Assembly (NCBI GenBank): GCA_965601925.1
Contig: OZ271854.1
Location: 1,024,001-1,088,000 of the forward strand
Direction: 5' to 3'
DNA from: Alkalispirochaeta sp.
GTDB taxonomy: Bacteria; Spirochaetota; Spirochaetia; DSM-27196; Alkalispirochaetaceae
Length of the DNA stretch: 64,000 bases
The first letter of the stretch is position 1, and each line of letters starts with the position of its first letter. The notes beneath the pieces are model-generated. The model saw nothing but the letters and a program-made list of their open reading frames with translations, searched no databases and was not told the origin of the DNA. Below, one piece after another: positions 39,044 through 49,079 of the stretch. The position numbers and the translations under genes were made by a program.

Positions 39044-39701
39044 ATGAGCTGGTGGGATGCCGCGTATCGCAGCGGCGTGGTGAACTGGGATCCCGGCGAG
39101 TACGACCGTCACCTTCCGCGGGTGATACGGGAGTTCGACATTGCGCCGGGGCGCGTGTTGGATCTCGGATGCGGCACCGGAAAGAGTGCGATCTGGCTTG
39201 CCGAGCGCGGATTCGATGCAACCGGGATCGATCTATCTCCCGCGGCCATTCAACAAGCGCGACGGTCGGCGCAACGACGGGGCGTGGATGCGCGGTTCAT
39301 CGCGGGGCGCTTTCCGGAGGAGTTCACGCTCCCCTCCTCGGAGCCGAGGAATCGCGACAGACGCCCGGGGCCCGCCCACGAGCGGACTCTTGACGTGTAC
39401 GATACGGTGGTCGATCGCGCCTCGATCCAGCACATGGGACGCGGCGGCGAGCTGAAATCGATAATGACGGCCGTCGCCGCGCTTCTGCGCCCCGGCGGAC
39501 TCATCTACAGCCTCGTGATTGCGGGATTCGGCGTGCCCCGCGGATGGGGAATGGGTGTGTGGAACGAGTCGGCGATCCGTTCGCTCTTTGCCGCCCCATT
39601 CACGCCGCGTCATATCGAGCGAACGGTGTTCACCCCCGGGCGAGGCGGGCTCCGTACCGGCCTGGTTAGTTGTGGCGCAACGCCGGGATACCGGACCGTA
39701 G
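39044..39701 (+). CDS. Class I SAM-dependent methyltransferase, apparently frameshifted near the C-terminus
   Basis: WDAAY...NWD, VLDLGCGTG, GIDLSP, YDTVVDRA. A natural-looking end GEAGSVPAWLVVAQRR* lies in the +1 frame after CCCCCGGG (39633-40). Confidence 0.75.
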
Positions 39702-39723
39702 GCGGTGCCGCCGAAGGCCGTCT

Positions 39724-40476
39724 CTACGCCGTTTCGCCCTTTCTCATCGTTCGTCCGGCGCGCTTACAGATGCGGACCGTCTCCTTCGCCTCGCTTTCCC
39801 GCAGCCACCGTTCACACGTCTCGGCGACCCAATCGGCCCGCGTCTTTGACGCGTCGTTGAGCCAGTTGGCGACCGAATCCTGCACGTACTTTTCCGCATC
39901 GGCCTTCAACGGATCGAGAATAGGTAAGCCGAGTTCGGGGTACTCCTTCAAACGCTCGATGTGGGCGCACCAGACGCCGCGCGGTCGGGTGAGCTCACTC
40001 GCGAAGCGCCGTACATAGGCCGATTCGTCGTTCACCCAGGGAGCGAGGATAGCAATCGCTGCATCGATGTCGACGGCGACATCGTCTCTGAGGGCGAGCC
40101 ACGCCCACTCCCGCACACCGAAGTGATCGTCGTCCGCCAAGGAACGGATACGACGCAGCCGGTCGATGAGGGTCAAGTCGGGCAGGCGAGCGAGCACAAA
40201 GGCGGCGAGGCCCCGCATCGTATCGGATGCGTGCGTACGGAACCGCTCGAATGCGTCGACGCCGTAGGTCTCGTACAACGCGTCGGCGGACTTCGCAAAC
40301 TTCCGCGTGATGCCGTCTTTCGGATGAAACGCCAGGGCGTGGGAGTCGACCTCCGGCGCAACGGCACCCAAAAGTTTCACGAAATCGACGGAAAGCCCTT
40401 CGGCGAGATTGGCGGTCTGTCTTGTGCCGGCGTTGAGTTCGGCAACTATCTCCGGGGGAACGTCACGTGGTCTCAT
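39724..40476 (-). CDS. AlkC-like HEAT-repeat DNA alkylation repair protein
   Basis: HFGVREWAW, VRRFASELTRPRGVW, KYVQDSVANWLNDASK. Confidence 0.82.
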   Translation of the reverse strand: MRPRDVPPEIVAELNAGTRQTANLAEGLSVDFVKLLGAVAPEVDSHALAFHPKDGITRKFAKSADALYETYGVDAFERFRTHASDTMRGLAAFVLARLPDLTLIDRLRRIRSLADDDHFGVREWAWLALRDDVAVDIDAAIAILAPWVNDESAYVRRFASELTRPRGVWCAHIERLKEYPELGLPILDPLKADAEKYVQDSVANWLNDASKTRADWVAETCERWLRESEAKETVRICKRAGRTMRKGETA

Positions 40477-40612
40477 CTCGATACGAAGGTAGTCAATCCC
40501 GGCGGTGATGGGAAAGCGGACGGTGCTCGGTAGCCGCTCCCCGTCGCGACGAAGAGGCTCGCCCGGCGCCGGGCACGGACTCGTCGCTCCGTTCACGGGG
40601 CGTCGACGAGTC

Positions 40613-41029
40613 TCAACTCAAGACGAAGAGTATAGCAGCGACCAAAAGCGCACCGGTCACGTGGTAGGCGCCCGTCACGGCGCCGTAGAGCAAAGGCATG
40701 GGAGTCTTCGGGTTGATCGCGTTATTGAAGGAGATCGGAACGGAGTACCCGACGCCGACGATGAGCCCCAGAACCAGGGCTTCGGAGAACACCGCGATCT
40801 CAAGAGCATTGATGAGTATCGACGTGGCGAGCGTAACGACGAAACTACTCACACCGGGGCCGACATAGTATATCGGCGACCATCTATGCCCCTTCACCCT
40901 CTCGAAGCCGAGCGCCCGGTCATACATCGTCCCAAAGAGCGGGGTGAACCAGAGTGCTCCCAGTAAATAGTAGGCGAGAGTCGCAATCACGATCGCCATC
41001 CAGCTCAATCCGGCGAACACGGGATACAT
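40613..41029 (-). CDS. DUF1761-family membrane protein
   Basis: WMAIVIATLAYYLLGALWFTPLFG; four TM-like segments. Confidence 0.78.
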   Translation of the reverse strand: MYPVFAGLSWMAIVIATLAYYLLGALWFTPLFGTMYDRALGFERVKGHRWSPIYYVGPGVSSFVVTLATSILINALEIAVFSEALVLGLIVGVGYSVPISFNNAINPKTPMPLLYGAVTGAYHVTGALLVAAILFVLS

Positions 41030-41086
41030 ACGCTTCCTCCTTCGATCTCTACGGCAAAGACGATCGCCGACGGTATATTGTCTTCC

Positions 41087-41953
41087 ATGGGAGTCCGTAT
41101 CGCAAGAATCGAAGTCCCACGGGACGAGGATATCACGGCTATCGAAACGCTGGTGAGGCGGTGCAACGCGACCGACGGTACCGGCTATCAGTATCAGAAC
41201 GACGACGACTTCCGAAGAGACGGAGAGGCGAGCGCGTTCCTACTGCACACCGGAAGCGAACTTACGGCGGCGGCGACGATATTCGCGCCGCAACGAGACG
41301 AGGGCGAGGTGACCGCATATACCGCGCCTCATGCACGCCGACGCGGATACTTCGGAACGCTGGTGCGCGAAATCGATAGGGAGCTCGTTGCCAGGGGGAT
41401 CGGGAGCATCCTGTTCGTCAACGACCGACGGTCCGATGCCGGCAAGGCGGCGGTCGAGGCTCACGGTGCGCATCACGAGTTCGCCGAGTATGCGATGGAA
41501 TGGACCTCGTCGGCGGGCGCGAGCGAGAGCTCTTTACCGCCGCGTCTCACGGTGCGACCGACGGCGCCGGCGGACGTAGGACGGCTCGCTCTCGTGAACA
41601 ACGAGTCATTCGGCGAAGAGGGCGGGGCCGACTTCATCCGCGAGCTGCTGGCGTCGGAGACTCGCATTCCCTACACGATCGTCCTCGACGACTACGCGAT
41701 CGGGATGATAAGCGTCATTGATGAGGAGCGCCAATACTACATACACGGGTTTTGCATAGATCCGGCGTATCGAGGCAGGGGATATGGAGCTGCGGTGCTG
41801 CACGAGTTTGTCCGGCGACTTCACAACCGTTCGCCCGGGAAAACGATACGACTCGAGGTCGAAACGAACAATGAGTCGGCGCTGACACTCTACACTAAGC
41901 TCGGTTTCTCGGTCGTTACGGTCTTTGACTATTACCGTCGACCGCTTTTCTAA
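41087..41953 (+). CDS. Tandem GNAT acetyltransferase
   Basis: Two motif-A copies (PHARRRGYF; PAYRGRGYG), NESALTLYTKLGF. Confidence 0.85.
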   Translation: MGVRIARIEVPRDEDITAIETLVRRCNATDGTGYQYQNDDDFRRDGEASAFLLHTGSELTAAATIFAPQRDEGEVTAYTAPHARRRGYFGTLVREIDRELVARGIGSILFVNDRRSDAGKAAVEAHGAHHEFAEYAMEWTSSAGASESSLPPRLTVRPTAPADVGRLALVNNESFGEEGGADFIRELLASETRIPYTIVLDDYAIGMISVIDEERQYYIHGFCIDPAYRGRGYGAAVLHEFVRRLHNRSPGKTIRLEVETNNESALTLYTKLGFSVVTVFDYYRRPLF

Positions 41954-41961
41954 CGGGCCGG

Positions 41962-42031
41962 GGGGACTCGCGGGGTGTCCGAACGGTTCGACTTTTCGGA
42001 TCGGTTTTACCCGTTCGGTCACCGAGTCTCC
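41962..42031. repeat. Long imperfect inverted repeat between convergent genes
   Basis: GGGGACTCG..GTG.CCGAACGG pairs with CCGTTCGG.CAC.CGAGTCTCC. Confidence 0.55.
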
Positions 42032-42032
42032 A

Positions 42033-42305
42033 TTAGGCCGCGCCGAATCGTTTTGCCGCCCGAGCTTTGGCCTTGGCGGCCTCTTCCTCGCGATTGCGCG
42101 GACGCGCCGTCGTTACCAGCGAACGAATGAGCTCCCGAGAAATGTCGGTAATCGCATCAACCGCGCGCTCAAAGGCTTCCGCGTTTGCCTGAGACGGCTT
42201 GCCGAACCCACTGATTTTGCGAACGTACTGCTCCGCCGCCGATCGAACCTCGACGGGCGTCGCGGGCGGATCGAAGTTAAACAGCGGCTTGATATTTCTG
42301 CACAT
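42033..42305 (-). CDS. DUF2277-family protein
   Basis: MCRNIKPLFNFDPPAT...QYVRKISGF.KPS.AN; SD GGAGG. Confidence 0.85.
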   Translation of the reverse strand: MCRNIKPLFNFDPPATPVEVRSAAEQYVRKISGFGKPSQANAEAFERAVDAITDISRELIRSLVTTARPRNREEEAAKAKARAAKRFGAA

Positions 42306-42522
42306 GGCGCCTCCCGGATACCGAAGATACTCACTACAGTATAGCGCTGTTTGCCCGTCTATCATCGCACGGCCGAGATCTCCGAAAGACGCCGCAACCC
42401 ACCTCCCGGTAGAGGCGGCTCCCGGCACAACGGCGAGACTACGCCCGCGCGATGCAGCGCACGGCGATGGGGATCGATGCATGTGGACGAACATCCGGCT
42501 GCCGCACTATTCTGACCGAACC

Positions 42523-43137
42523 ATGAATAGCACAGTAAAAGCGATGTTGGCCGTCCTTTCAGTACTGGTCCTCGTTGTCGTTGCAGTGTTCTCTTTCTTC
42601 AGATTCAACTACAACCGCATGGTGGCGTTGGATGAGAGTGTAAACGCCGCGTGGGCACAGGTAGAGAATCAGTACCAGCGTCGCCTGGATCTGATACCGA
42701 ACCTCGTGGAAACGGTGAGAGGTTTTGCCGACCGGGAACAGGAGACGCTCACCGCAGTCACCGAGGCCCGCAGCCGCGCCGGTGGGGTCATGCAGATGGA
42801 CGAGTCGGTTATAGCGGATCCCGAGGCGTTTCGACGCTTTCAAGAGGCGCAACAGGGGCTCGGCTCGGCGCTGCAACGCCTGCTGGTAGTCACTGAGAAC
42901 TACCCCGAGTTACGCTCCAACCAGAACTTTCTCGTCCTGCAAGACCAACTGGAGGGCACGGAGAATCGCATCGCGGTAGAACGGCGCCGCTTCAATGAAA
43001 CGGCCCGGGGCTACAACACCTACATTCGACAATTTCCGCGCGTAATCATCGCCGGTATGGTCGGTTTTGAACCGCGCGAATACTTTGAATCGTCGGCGGG
43101 CGCGGAAAACGCCCCGCAGGTTGATTTTGGCGACTGA
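42523..43137 (+). CDS. lemA: LemA-family protein
   Basis: YNRMVALDE, WAQVENQYQRRLDLIPNLV, ENYPELRSNQNF, LEGTENRIAVERRRFN. Confidence 0.93.
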   Translation: MNSTVKAMLAVLSVLVLVVVAVFSFFRFNYNRMVALDESVNAAWAQVENQYQRRLDLIPNLVETVRGFADREQETLTAVTEARSRAGGVMQMDESVIADPEAFRRFQEAQQGLGSALQRLLVVTENYPELRSNQNFLVLQDQLEGTENRIAVERRRFNETARGYNTYIRQFPRVIIAGMVGFEPREYFESSAGAENAPQVDFGD

Positions 43138-43181
43138 GTCGCCGGCCTTGGTATCGTCGTTCGTGCCCGTGGGGAGGTCAT

Positions 43182-43856
43182 ATGCCGCTGTTAACTGAGG
43201 ATGAATCGCGTCGCATCGCCCGGGCGGTCGTCGAGGCGGAGCAAAAAAGCGGAGGCGAAATCACGACCGCGGTCATCGCCGAAAGCGACGACTACGGATT
43301 TCGGGAGCTCGTCTTTGCAATCATTGTGGGGGTCGTCGCATGGACGGGAGCGGTGGCGGCACAGACTCCCCTTACGGCCCTCCTTGAACGTCTCTTTTGG
43401 GGGTGGGAACCGTGGATGCTCTCGGGACTCCAGGGAGCGGTAGGGATGGTCGCCGGGCTTCTGGCCTACTATATCGCTCAGATTCCCGCCGTTGATCGGC
43501 TCATCGTGCCGCGGGCCGTCTTACAAGAGGCGGTCGCCCGACGTGCGCGACGGCACTTTGTAGAGTCCGGAACCTACGACACCGCAGACCAAACGGGGAT
43601 TCTTATCTTCGTCTCGATCTTGGAGCGCCGCGTTGAACTCATTGCCGACCGCGGCATCAACCGACAAGTCACCCCGGATACGTGGAACCGGATCGTACAA
43701 CGCCTGACCGGCGGAATTCGTGCCGGTCACATCGCCGACGCGCTGGTAGAGGCGGTAACGGCGTGTGGTGAGGTCCTCGAAGGACGCGTAGCGCGCCGAG
43801 ACGACGACACAAACGAACTCACCGATCACCCGGACCAACTGGAGAAAGGATCATGA
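43182..43856 (+). CDS. TPM-domain membrane protein
   Basis: IARAVVEAEQKSGGEI, GILIFVSILERRVELIADRGI, DDTNEL; lemA operon. Confidence 0.85.
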   Translation: MPLLTEDESRRIARAVVEAEQKSGGEITTAVIAESDDYGFRELVFAIIVGVVAWTGAVAAQTPLTALLERLFWGWEPWMLSGLQGAVGMVAGLLAYYIAQIPAVDRLIVPRAVLQEAVARRARRHFVESGTYDTADQTGILIFVSILERRVELIADRGINRQVTPDTWNRIVQRLTGGIRAGHIADALVEAVTACGEVLEGRVARRDDDTNELTDHPDQLEKGS

Positions 43857-44677
43857 AAGCAATCCGCGAACGGCTGATCCTCCTCGCAGCGATCACGGCC
43901 TTTGCAACGGCGGTGAACGGCCCGGTGACGCTCGCTGCGCTGGAGGTACCGCCCCTCACCGGGCGCGTAGTGGACAATGCCGGAATCATTTCCAGCGGGG
44001 CGGAGGGAGCTCTCAACGACTATTTCCGCCGGATCGAGGAAGCGGTGGGCGCTCAAATCGCCGTCCTCACGATTCCGTCTTTGGAAGGAGAGGTCCTTGA
44101 GCGGTACTCAATTCGAGTCGTGGAACGGTGGCGACTTGGTCGGGTCGGCGAGGATAACGGTGTACTACTTCTGATCGCGATGCAAGATCGAAGTGTACGT
44201 ATCGAAGTGGGCTACGGGCTGGAGGGACGCCTCACCGATGCCACCAGCGGCACTATTATTCGAGAGTATCTTCAACCGCACTTTCGCGCCGGTAACTACG
44301 ACGCCGGCGTACTCGCCGCCTCTCAGGCGATCGGCGGCGTCGTAGTCGACGGAGCCGACATCGCACCGCTCGGTGGAGCGGGCGCCGCCGGACCAACGAG
44401 AGAGACCGCGTCGCAATCAGGCACTCGCGGCATTCCTCTAAACCTCGGATTCTTTTTTATCGTCTTCTTCATCGGATCCCTCGGCCGTGTCGGCAGACGC
44501 CGCGGTTCCGGACTTCTCGGTGCTCTGTTCTGGGGCTCCATGGTGGGAGGCTCGGCGCGGCGGCACCATCGGGGTGGTTTCGGCGGTAGCGGATTCGGCG
44601 GCGGAGGGTTCGGCGGCGGCGGCTTTTCCGGCGGTGGAGGCGGTTTCGGCGGCGGCGGCGCCTCGGGCGGCTGGTAA
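43853..44677 (+). CDS. TPM-domain (YgcG-like) protein with Gly-rich tail
   Basis: GRVVDNAG, DNGVLLLIA, RIEVGYGLEG.LTD, GGGFSGGGGGFGGGGASGGW. Confidence 0.9.
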   Translation: MKAIRERLILLAAITAFATAVNGPVTLAALEVPPLTGRVVDNAGIISSGAEGALNDYFRRIEEAVGAQIAVLTIPSLEGEVLERYSIRVVERWRLGRVGEDNGVLLLIAMQDRSVRIEVGYGLEGRLTDATSGTIIREYLQPHFRAGNYDAGVLAASQAIGGVVVDGADIAPLGGAGAAGPTRETASQSGTRGIPLNLGFFFIVFFIGSLGRVGRRRGSGLLGALFWGSMVGGSARRHHRGGFGGSGFGGGGFGGGGFSGGGGGFGGGGASGGW

Positions 44678-44758
44678 CCGAGTTCGATGCGCCGAGCCAC
44701 GGGAGAAGAGAGACGGTCGGCATCAAGGGCTCCAGGCGTTACGCATCGAGAAACGATA

Positions 44759-45499
44759 ATGGAACGCGTATATCGAAGTATCGACATCGCCCGCTCGTGC
44801 GGCATTCACGTGAACACACTACGGTTCTACGAGCGCATCGGGCTGATCTCCCCGGTTCCACGAGAACGAAACAACTACCGTCGCTTCGACGTTCGGCACC
44901 TCCTTCAGGTGCGTGTGATTCGGCTCGTGTATCAAGAGCAGTGGCCCGGTCGCCCGATTCGACGCGCCGGCGAGGCGATTATCGAGGCACTGAAGCGGTG
45001 GCGACCGGCGGAGGCGGAAGCGGCGCTGGCGCGGTACCGGATCCTCATCGAACGAGAGCTCGAGAACGCATTAGCCGCGACAACGCTTCTGCGCGACTGG
45101 AATCGTATCGACGTTGACGACGGGACGGAGTATACGATGATCGAGGTCTCTCGGGCGTTGTCGGTGACCGCCGAAAGCATCCGAAACTGGGAGCGCAACG
45201 CGCTCATACGCATTCCCCGACGCGGTCCCAACGATCGGCGCTACCTCACGACGCGAGAGCTGAACCGTCTACGGATTATCGCGATGCTTCGGAAAGCGGG
45301 CCACAGTGTGGCGGTGATTCACTGCGCCCTCCGCCACCTTCGGGACGGCGGCATCGAGAAGGCGGTGAAGACCTTCCACGACCCGGGCGAGCTCGAGCTC
45401 CTGAGCGCCGGAGACCATTACATTGCGGTACTCCGCAGGACCGCCCATAGTGCGGCGGCAATCGCCCGTATACTCGCCGAAGCGCGCGGCGTTTCGTAG
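44759..45499 (+). CDS. MerR-family regulator with two MerR HTH domains
   Basis: HVNTLRFYERIGLI...NNYRRF and TAESIRNWERNALI...NDRRY. Confidence 0.82.
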   Translation: MERVYRSIDIARSCGIHVNTLRFYERIGLISPVPRERNNYRRFDVRHLLQVRVIRLVYQEQWPGRPIRRAGEAIIEALKRWRPAEAEAALARYRILIERELENALAATTLLRDWNRIDVDDGTEYTMIEVSRALSVTAESIRNWERNALIRIPRRGPNDRRYLTTRELNRLRIIAMLRKAGHSVAVIHCALRHLRDGGIEKAVKTFHDPGELELLSAGDHYIAVLRRTAHSAAAIARILAEARGVS

Positions 45500-45639
45500 C
45501 GAGTCCTCGACGCCGGCGATGGCCGTCGTAGTGTCTCACGATGGGTTGCGGCGCGTCCGGGGGTCCATACGGGTGCGCGGGAGCTCTCTCAAACCCTACT
45601 ATTGCACACCACCCCGCCGGGTTCCGATACCCTCACGAC

Positions 45640-46848
45640 ATGAGGCGAGTAGAAACCGTGATCCACACCGTGGCCGTCGATATCGGCGAAAGACCGGTCG
45701 GGACCGCGGCCAACCGAGCGGTCTGTCGTTATTTGGCCGACATCGCGAGGGATGGAGGCTACGAAGTGTCGGCACTGTCCTTCGATTGCCTGCGATGGGA
45801 ATGGTCGGCGTCGTCGCTTGACGCGGGGGGAAGCAAACGGACGATCCATCCCGGCCCCTTCTCTCCGGCGCTGGAAGGAACATTCGCCGTCGAATACGTC
45901 TCGACGATCGAGGAGCTGCGCAATGCCGAGTGCGCGGGAAAACTCCTCGTTATCCGGGGAGCTCTCGCGGCGGAGCCCCTCATGCCGAAGGGCTTTCCCT
46001 TTTACTTCCCCGACAGCCACAAAGAGATCATCGATCTCATTCAACGGAACATGCCTGCAGGGGTACTCGCGCTCACGGGAAAACACCCCATGTGCGGATG
46101 GGATCCCTTTCCGCTCTTTGAAGACGGGAACCTCGACATACCGAACGCTTTCGCTCCGGCCGCACGAGGATACGTTCCCGCGCTTCGCCTGCGGAACGCG
46201 TCCGAGAGGAGCGGAACGCCCGAGATATCGGTGGCACTCAGCTCATCGACCGTCCCGTCGACGGGGGAACAACTCATCTTCTCCCGTAACTCGGCAGCGG
46301 GAAGACGCGTTATCCTGTGCGCCCACATGGATACCAAATACGGTACGCCCGGGGCTTTGGACAACGGGGCGGGAGTCGCGACTCTTGTCGGTGTGATGGA
46401 GCGCCTCGCCGATGCGAACCTTCCCGTAGCACTAGACGTCGTGCCGTTCAACGGGGAGGAATACTTCGCCGTCCCGGGGCAACTCGCCTACCTCGACCAC
46501 CGAGAATCGAATGTTGAAACGACGAGACTCGTCATTAACATCGACGGCCTCGGCCACGTGGATTCGAAGAATGCCTTCTCGTACTATAACGTGTCGCCGG
46601 AGGAGACCGCCCGGATCGCCGGAGTCGTCGGGAAGAACGACGCCGTCACCGGGAAGCGGTGGATCGCCGGCGACCACACGATGTTCGCGTTCCGAGGGAT
46701 CCCGTGCATCGCCGTCACCTCGTCCAACCTCACCGAGGCGGTTGTCGACCTCACCCACACCGCCGCCGATACGGTGGACAACGTCGACGGTACACTGATC
46801 GAGAGCGCCGCCGACGCGATCGCCGAGATCATTCGCTCCGTGCGGTGA
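45640..46848 (+). CDS. M28-family metallopeptidase with PA-like insert
   Basis: CAHMDTK, PGALDNGAG, FNGEE, INIDG, GDH, THTAADT. Confidence 0.85.
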   Translation: MRRVETVIHTVAVDIGERPVGTAANRAVCRYLADIARDGGYEVSALSFDCLRWEWSASSLDAGGSKRTIHPGPFSPALEGTFAVEYVSTIEELRNAECAGKLLVIRGALAAEPLMPKGFPFYFPDSHKEIIDLIQRNMPAGVLALTGKHPMCGWDPFPLFEDGNLDIPNAFAPAARGYVPALRLRNASERSGTPEISVALSSSTVPSTGEQLIFSRNSAAGRRVILCAHMDTKYGTPGALDNGAGVATLVGVMERLADANLPVALDVVPFNGEEYFAVPGQLAYLDHRESNVETTRLVINIDGLGHVDSKNAFSYYNVSPEETARIAGVVGKNDAVTGKRWIAGDHTMFAFRGIPCIAVTSSNLTEAVVDLTHTAADTVDNVDGTLIESAADAIAEIIRSVR

Positions 46849-46903
46849 GTCTCGGGCGACGACGCGTCGCCTCGGCGAGGCACGGTGTAGCCGAGGTTCG
46901 AAT

Positions 46904-46942
46904 GTGACACATGTCACCCTCCCCACGTATGACACATTTCAC
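46904..46942 (+). promoter_or_regulatory. Tandem response-regulator boxes upstream of the ABC operon
   Basis: GTGACACATGTCAC (46904-17) and ATGACACATTTCAC (46929-42), 25 bp apart. Confidence 0.6.
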
Positions 46943-47001
46943 GGTGTTCGCCGATGCGGTTCGCTACTACTGTATGGGCATCCGGATACGAGGAGTAGCA
47001 A

Positions 47002-47934
47002 ATGGTCGTACACATGCAAGGAGTCGTGAAACGGTACAAGAACACCGTCGCCGTCGATAACGTCGACATCTCGATCGAACGCGGAGAAATCGTCGGTCTC
47101 CTGGGACCAAACGGTGCCGGAAAGACTACGACGATCAACGGCATACACGGGCTGACGCAATTCGACGCCGGCGAAGTCTCCCTCTTCGGTCGTTCGATGA
47201 ACGGTATCGACCGCGGGATCAAGCGAAAAATGGGCGTCGTTCCCCAAGACATTGCGGTATTCGACGATCTGACCGCCGAGGAGAACGTGTCGTACTTCGC
47301 CCGCCTCTACGGACTTTCGGGAGGATCGCTCGCGGAGGGGGTATCGTTTGCGTTGGAGTTCACCGGCCTTGCGGGTCGACGGACCGAAAAGCCGAAAACC
47401 TTTTCAGGAGGCATGAAACGCCGCCTCAATATCGCCTGTGCACTGGCCCATCGCCCGGAGTTGGTCATCTTCGACGAACCGACGGTGGGCATCGATCCCC
47501 AATCGCGCAACCATATCCTCGAGTCGGTTCGCCGCCTCAACGGAGACGGCGCGACGGTCATCTACACATCCCATTACATGGAGGAGGTGGAGGCGGTGTG
47601 CTCCCGAGTAATCGTGATGGACCACGGTCGTGTGATCGCCTCGGGAACCCAGAGCGATCTGAAGGCCCTGGTCTCCAACGAGGATACGATCGATATTGAG
47701 CTGGAACGAATGTCTCCGGGGATTATCGAGGCGGTGCGCGGCGTCGCCGGGGTGACGGATTGCGCGGCGGAAGGGGTTCACCTGAGAGTGACCGTCGAGC
47801 GCGACGGCGTACGCCTCGGCCGCGTGGTAGAGAAAGTGAGCAGCCTCGGCGCCGAGGTCCTTTCGGCGCACGTCGAGCGCCCGAGCCTCGAAAGTGTCTT
47901 TCTCTCCCTGACCGGTAGAACGCTTCGGGACTGA
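47002..47934 (+). CDS. ABC-2 exporter ATP-binding subunit (LnrL/DrrA-like)
   Basis: GPNGAGKTT, FSGGMKRR, IFDEPTVGIDPQSR, TSHYMEE. Confidence 0.92.
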   Translation: MVVHMQGVVKRYKNTVAVDNVDISIERGEIVGLLGPNGAGKTTTINGIHGLTQFDAGEVSLFGRSMNGIDRGIKRKMGVVPQDIAVFDDLTAEENVSYFARLYGLSGGSLAEGVSFALEFTGLAGRRTEKPKTFSGGMKRRLNIACALAHRPELVIFDEPTVGIDPQSRNHILESVRRLNGDGATVIYTSHYMEEVEAVCSRVIVMDHGRVIASGTQSDLKALVSNEDTIDIELERMSPGIIEAVRGVAGVTDCAAEGVHLRVTVERDGVRLGRVVEKVSSLGAEVLSAHVERPSLESVFLSLTGRTLRD

Positions 47935-47945
47935 AGGGGGGGACT

Positions 47946-49079
47946 ATGATGTACGTACTCATCGTATTGCGATACACGCTTCTCAGAAACGTTCGGGATG
48001 TCGCCGCTACGGCGGAGCAAATACTCATGCCCGTGGTGCTCATCTTCGTGCTCGGAACGGTGACCGGCGACGCCTCCCCGGCGCGCGATGTCGGTCCGAC
48101 GGCAGTGGCCTACGCGATCGAAGGCGACGGGCCCCAGGCGCGGGCCCTGCGAAGTTTTCTGGAGCGCGAGGAGATCGGACGCTACCTCTCGGTAACCGAA
48201 TCATCGACGCCGGAGGAGGCTCTCGGACTGCTCGAGGCGGAGCAGGCGGTTACGGCGATCATCCTCACCGCCGATGGTACGAGAAACTCGGGGGCGTCGC
48301 CGGTGACGCTCATCGAGCGCCCGGGAAACTCCCTCCGCACGGGGATCGTACGTTCGATCGTCGACGGCTTCGTGCGAAGCGCAAACGTCTCCGAGGCCGT
48401 CACCCATATCGGCCGCGATGAAATCATCCACGAGGTACCACCGACGACCTTCGACGAACAGGTGATCTCCAAAGTGGGACGCGCACCGAGCGCGCCGGAC
48501 TTCTACGCAGTATCCATGCTTGTGCTCTTTACGATGTACATTGCCGGATACGCGGTCGCCGGCTTGCGCGAAGATCTCCTGGAGTCAACCGGCGATCGGG
48601 TACGTTCGACGCCGATCAGAGGGTGGGAACACATCGCGGGGAAACTGGCCGCCCATGTGGTAACGGGCGTAATCCAAGGGGCAATTATCATTACGGTAAG
48701 TCTCGTCGCCTTCGGTACGAACTGGGGCTCCCGGCCCGTCGCGCTGGCCGCGCTCCTCGTCTCGTTGTGTATCTTTGCCGTCGCATTCGGCGGCCTCGTC
48801 TTGGCGATTACGAGGGACGGGCAGCAAGCGCAGTACATCACGAACTACGCGATTCTCGGATCGATGATCCTCTCCGGAGGCGCTTTCCGCTTCAACGTGG
48901 AGAGCTCATGGTTTCGGATCGCCCAACACCTCCTTCCCCATTATCAGGGGCAGCGGGCCGTACTTGCCATGGCCTACGGCGGCGAACCCGGCATTGTGCC
49001 GGGGGCGTTCATCTATTTTCTCGGCGGCGCGGCAGTCCTGTTTGCGCTAACGGTTGTGTTCTCACGGAGGCACGTATGA
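47946..49079 (+). CDS. ABC-2 exporter permease
   Basis: N-terminal TM, large extracytoplasmic loop, five C-terminal TMs; in ABC operon. Confidence 0.85.
   Translation: MMYVLIVLRYTLLRNVRDVAATAEQILMPVVLIFVLGTVTGDASPARDVGPTAVAYAIEGDGPQARALRSFLEREEIGRYLSVTESSTPEEALGLLEAEQAVTAIILTADGTRNSGASPVTLIERPGNSLRTGIVRSIVDGFVRSANVSEAVTHIGRDEIIHEVPPTTFDEQVISKVGRAPSAPDFYAVSMLVLFTMYIAGYAVAGLREDLLESTGDRVRSTPIRGWEHIAGKLAAHVVTGVIQGAIIITVSLVAFGTNWGSRPVALAALLVSLCIFAVAFGGLVLAITRDGQQAQYITNYAILGSMILSGGAFRFNVESSWFRIAQHLLPHYQGQRAVLAMAYGGEPGIVPGAFIYFLGGAAVLFALTVVFSRRHV

Noticed and set aside
44572..44674. GGC-rich tandem repeat
   Set aside because: Encodes the normal Gly-rich tail of YgcG/TPM proteins.
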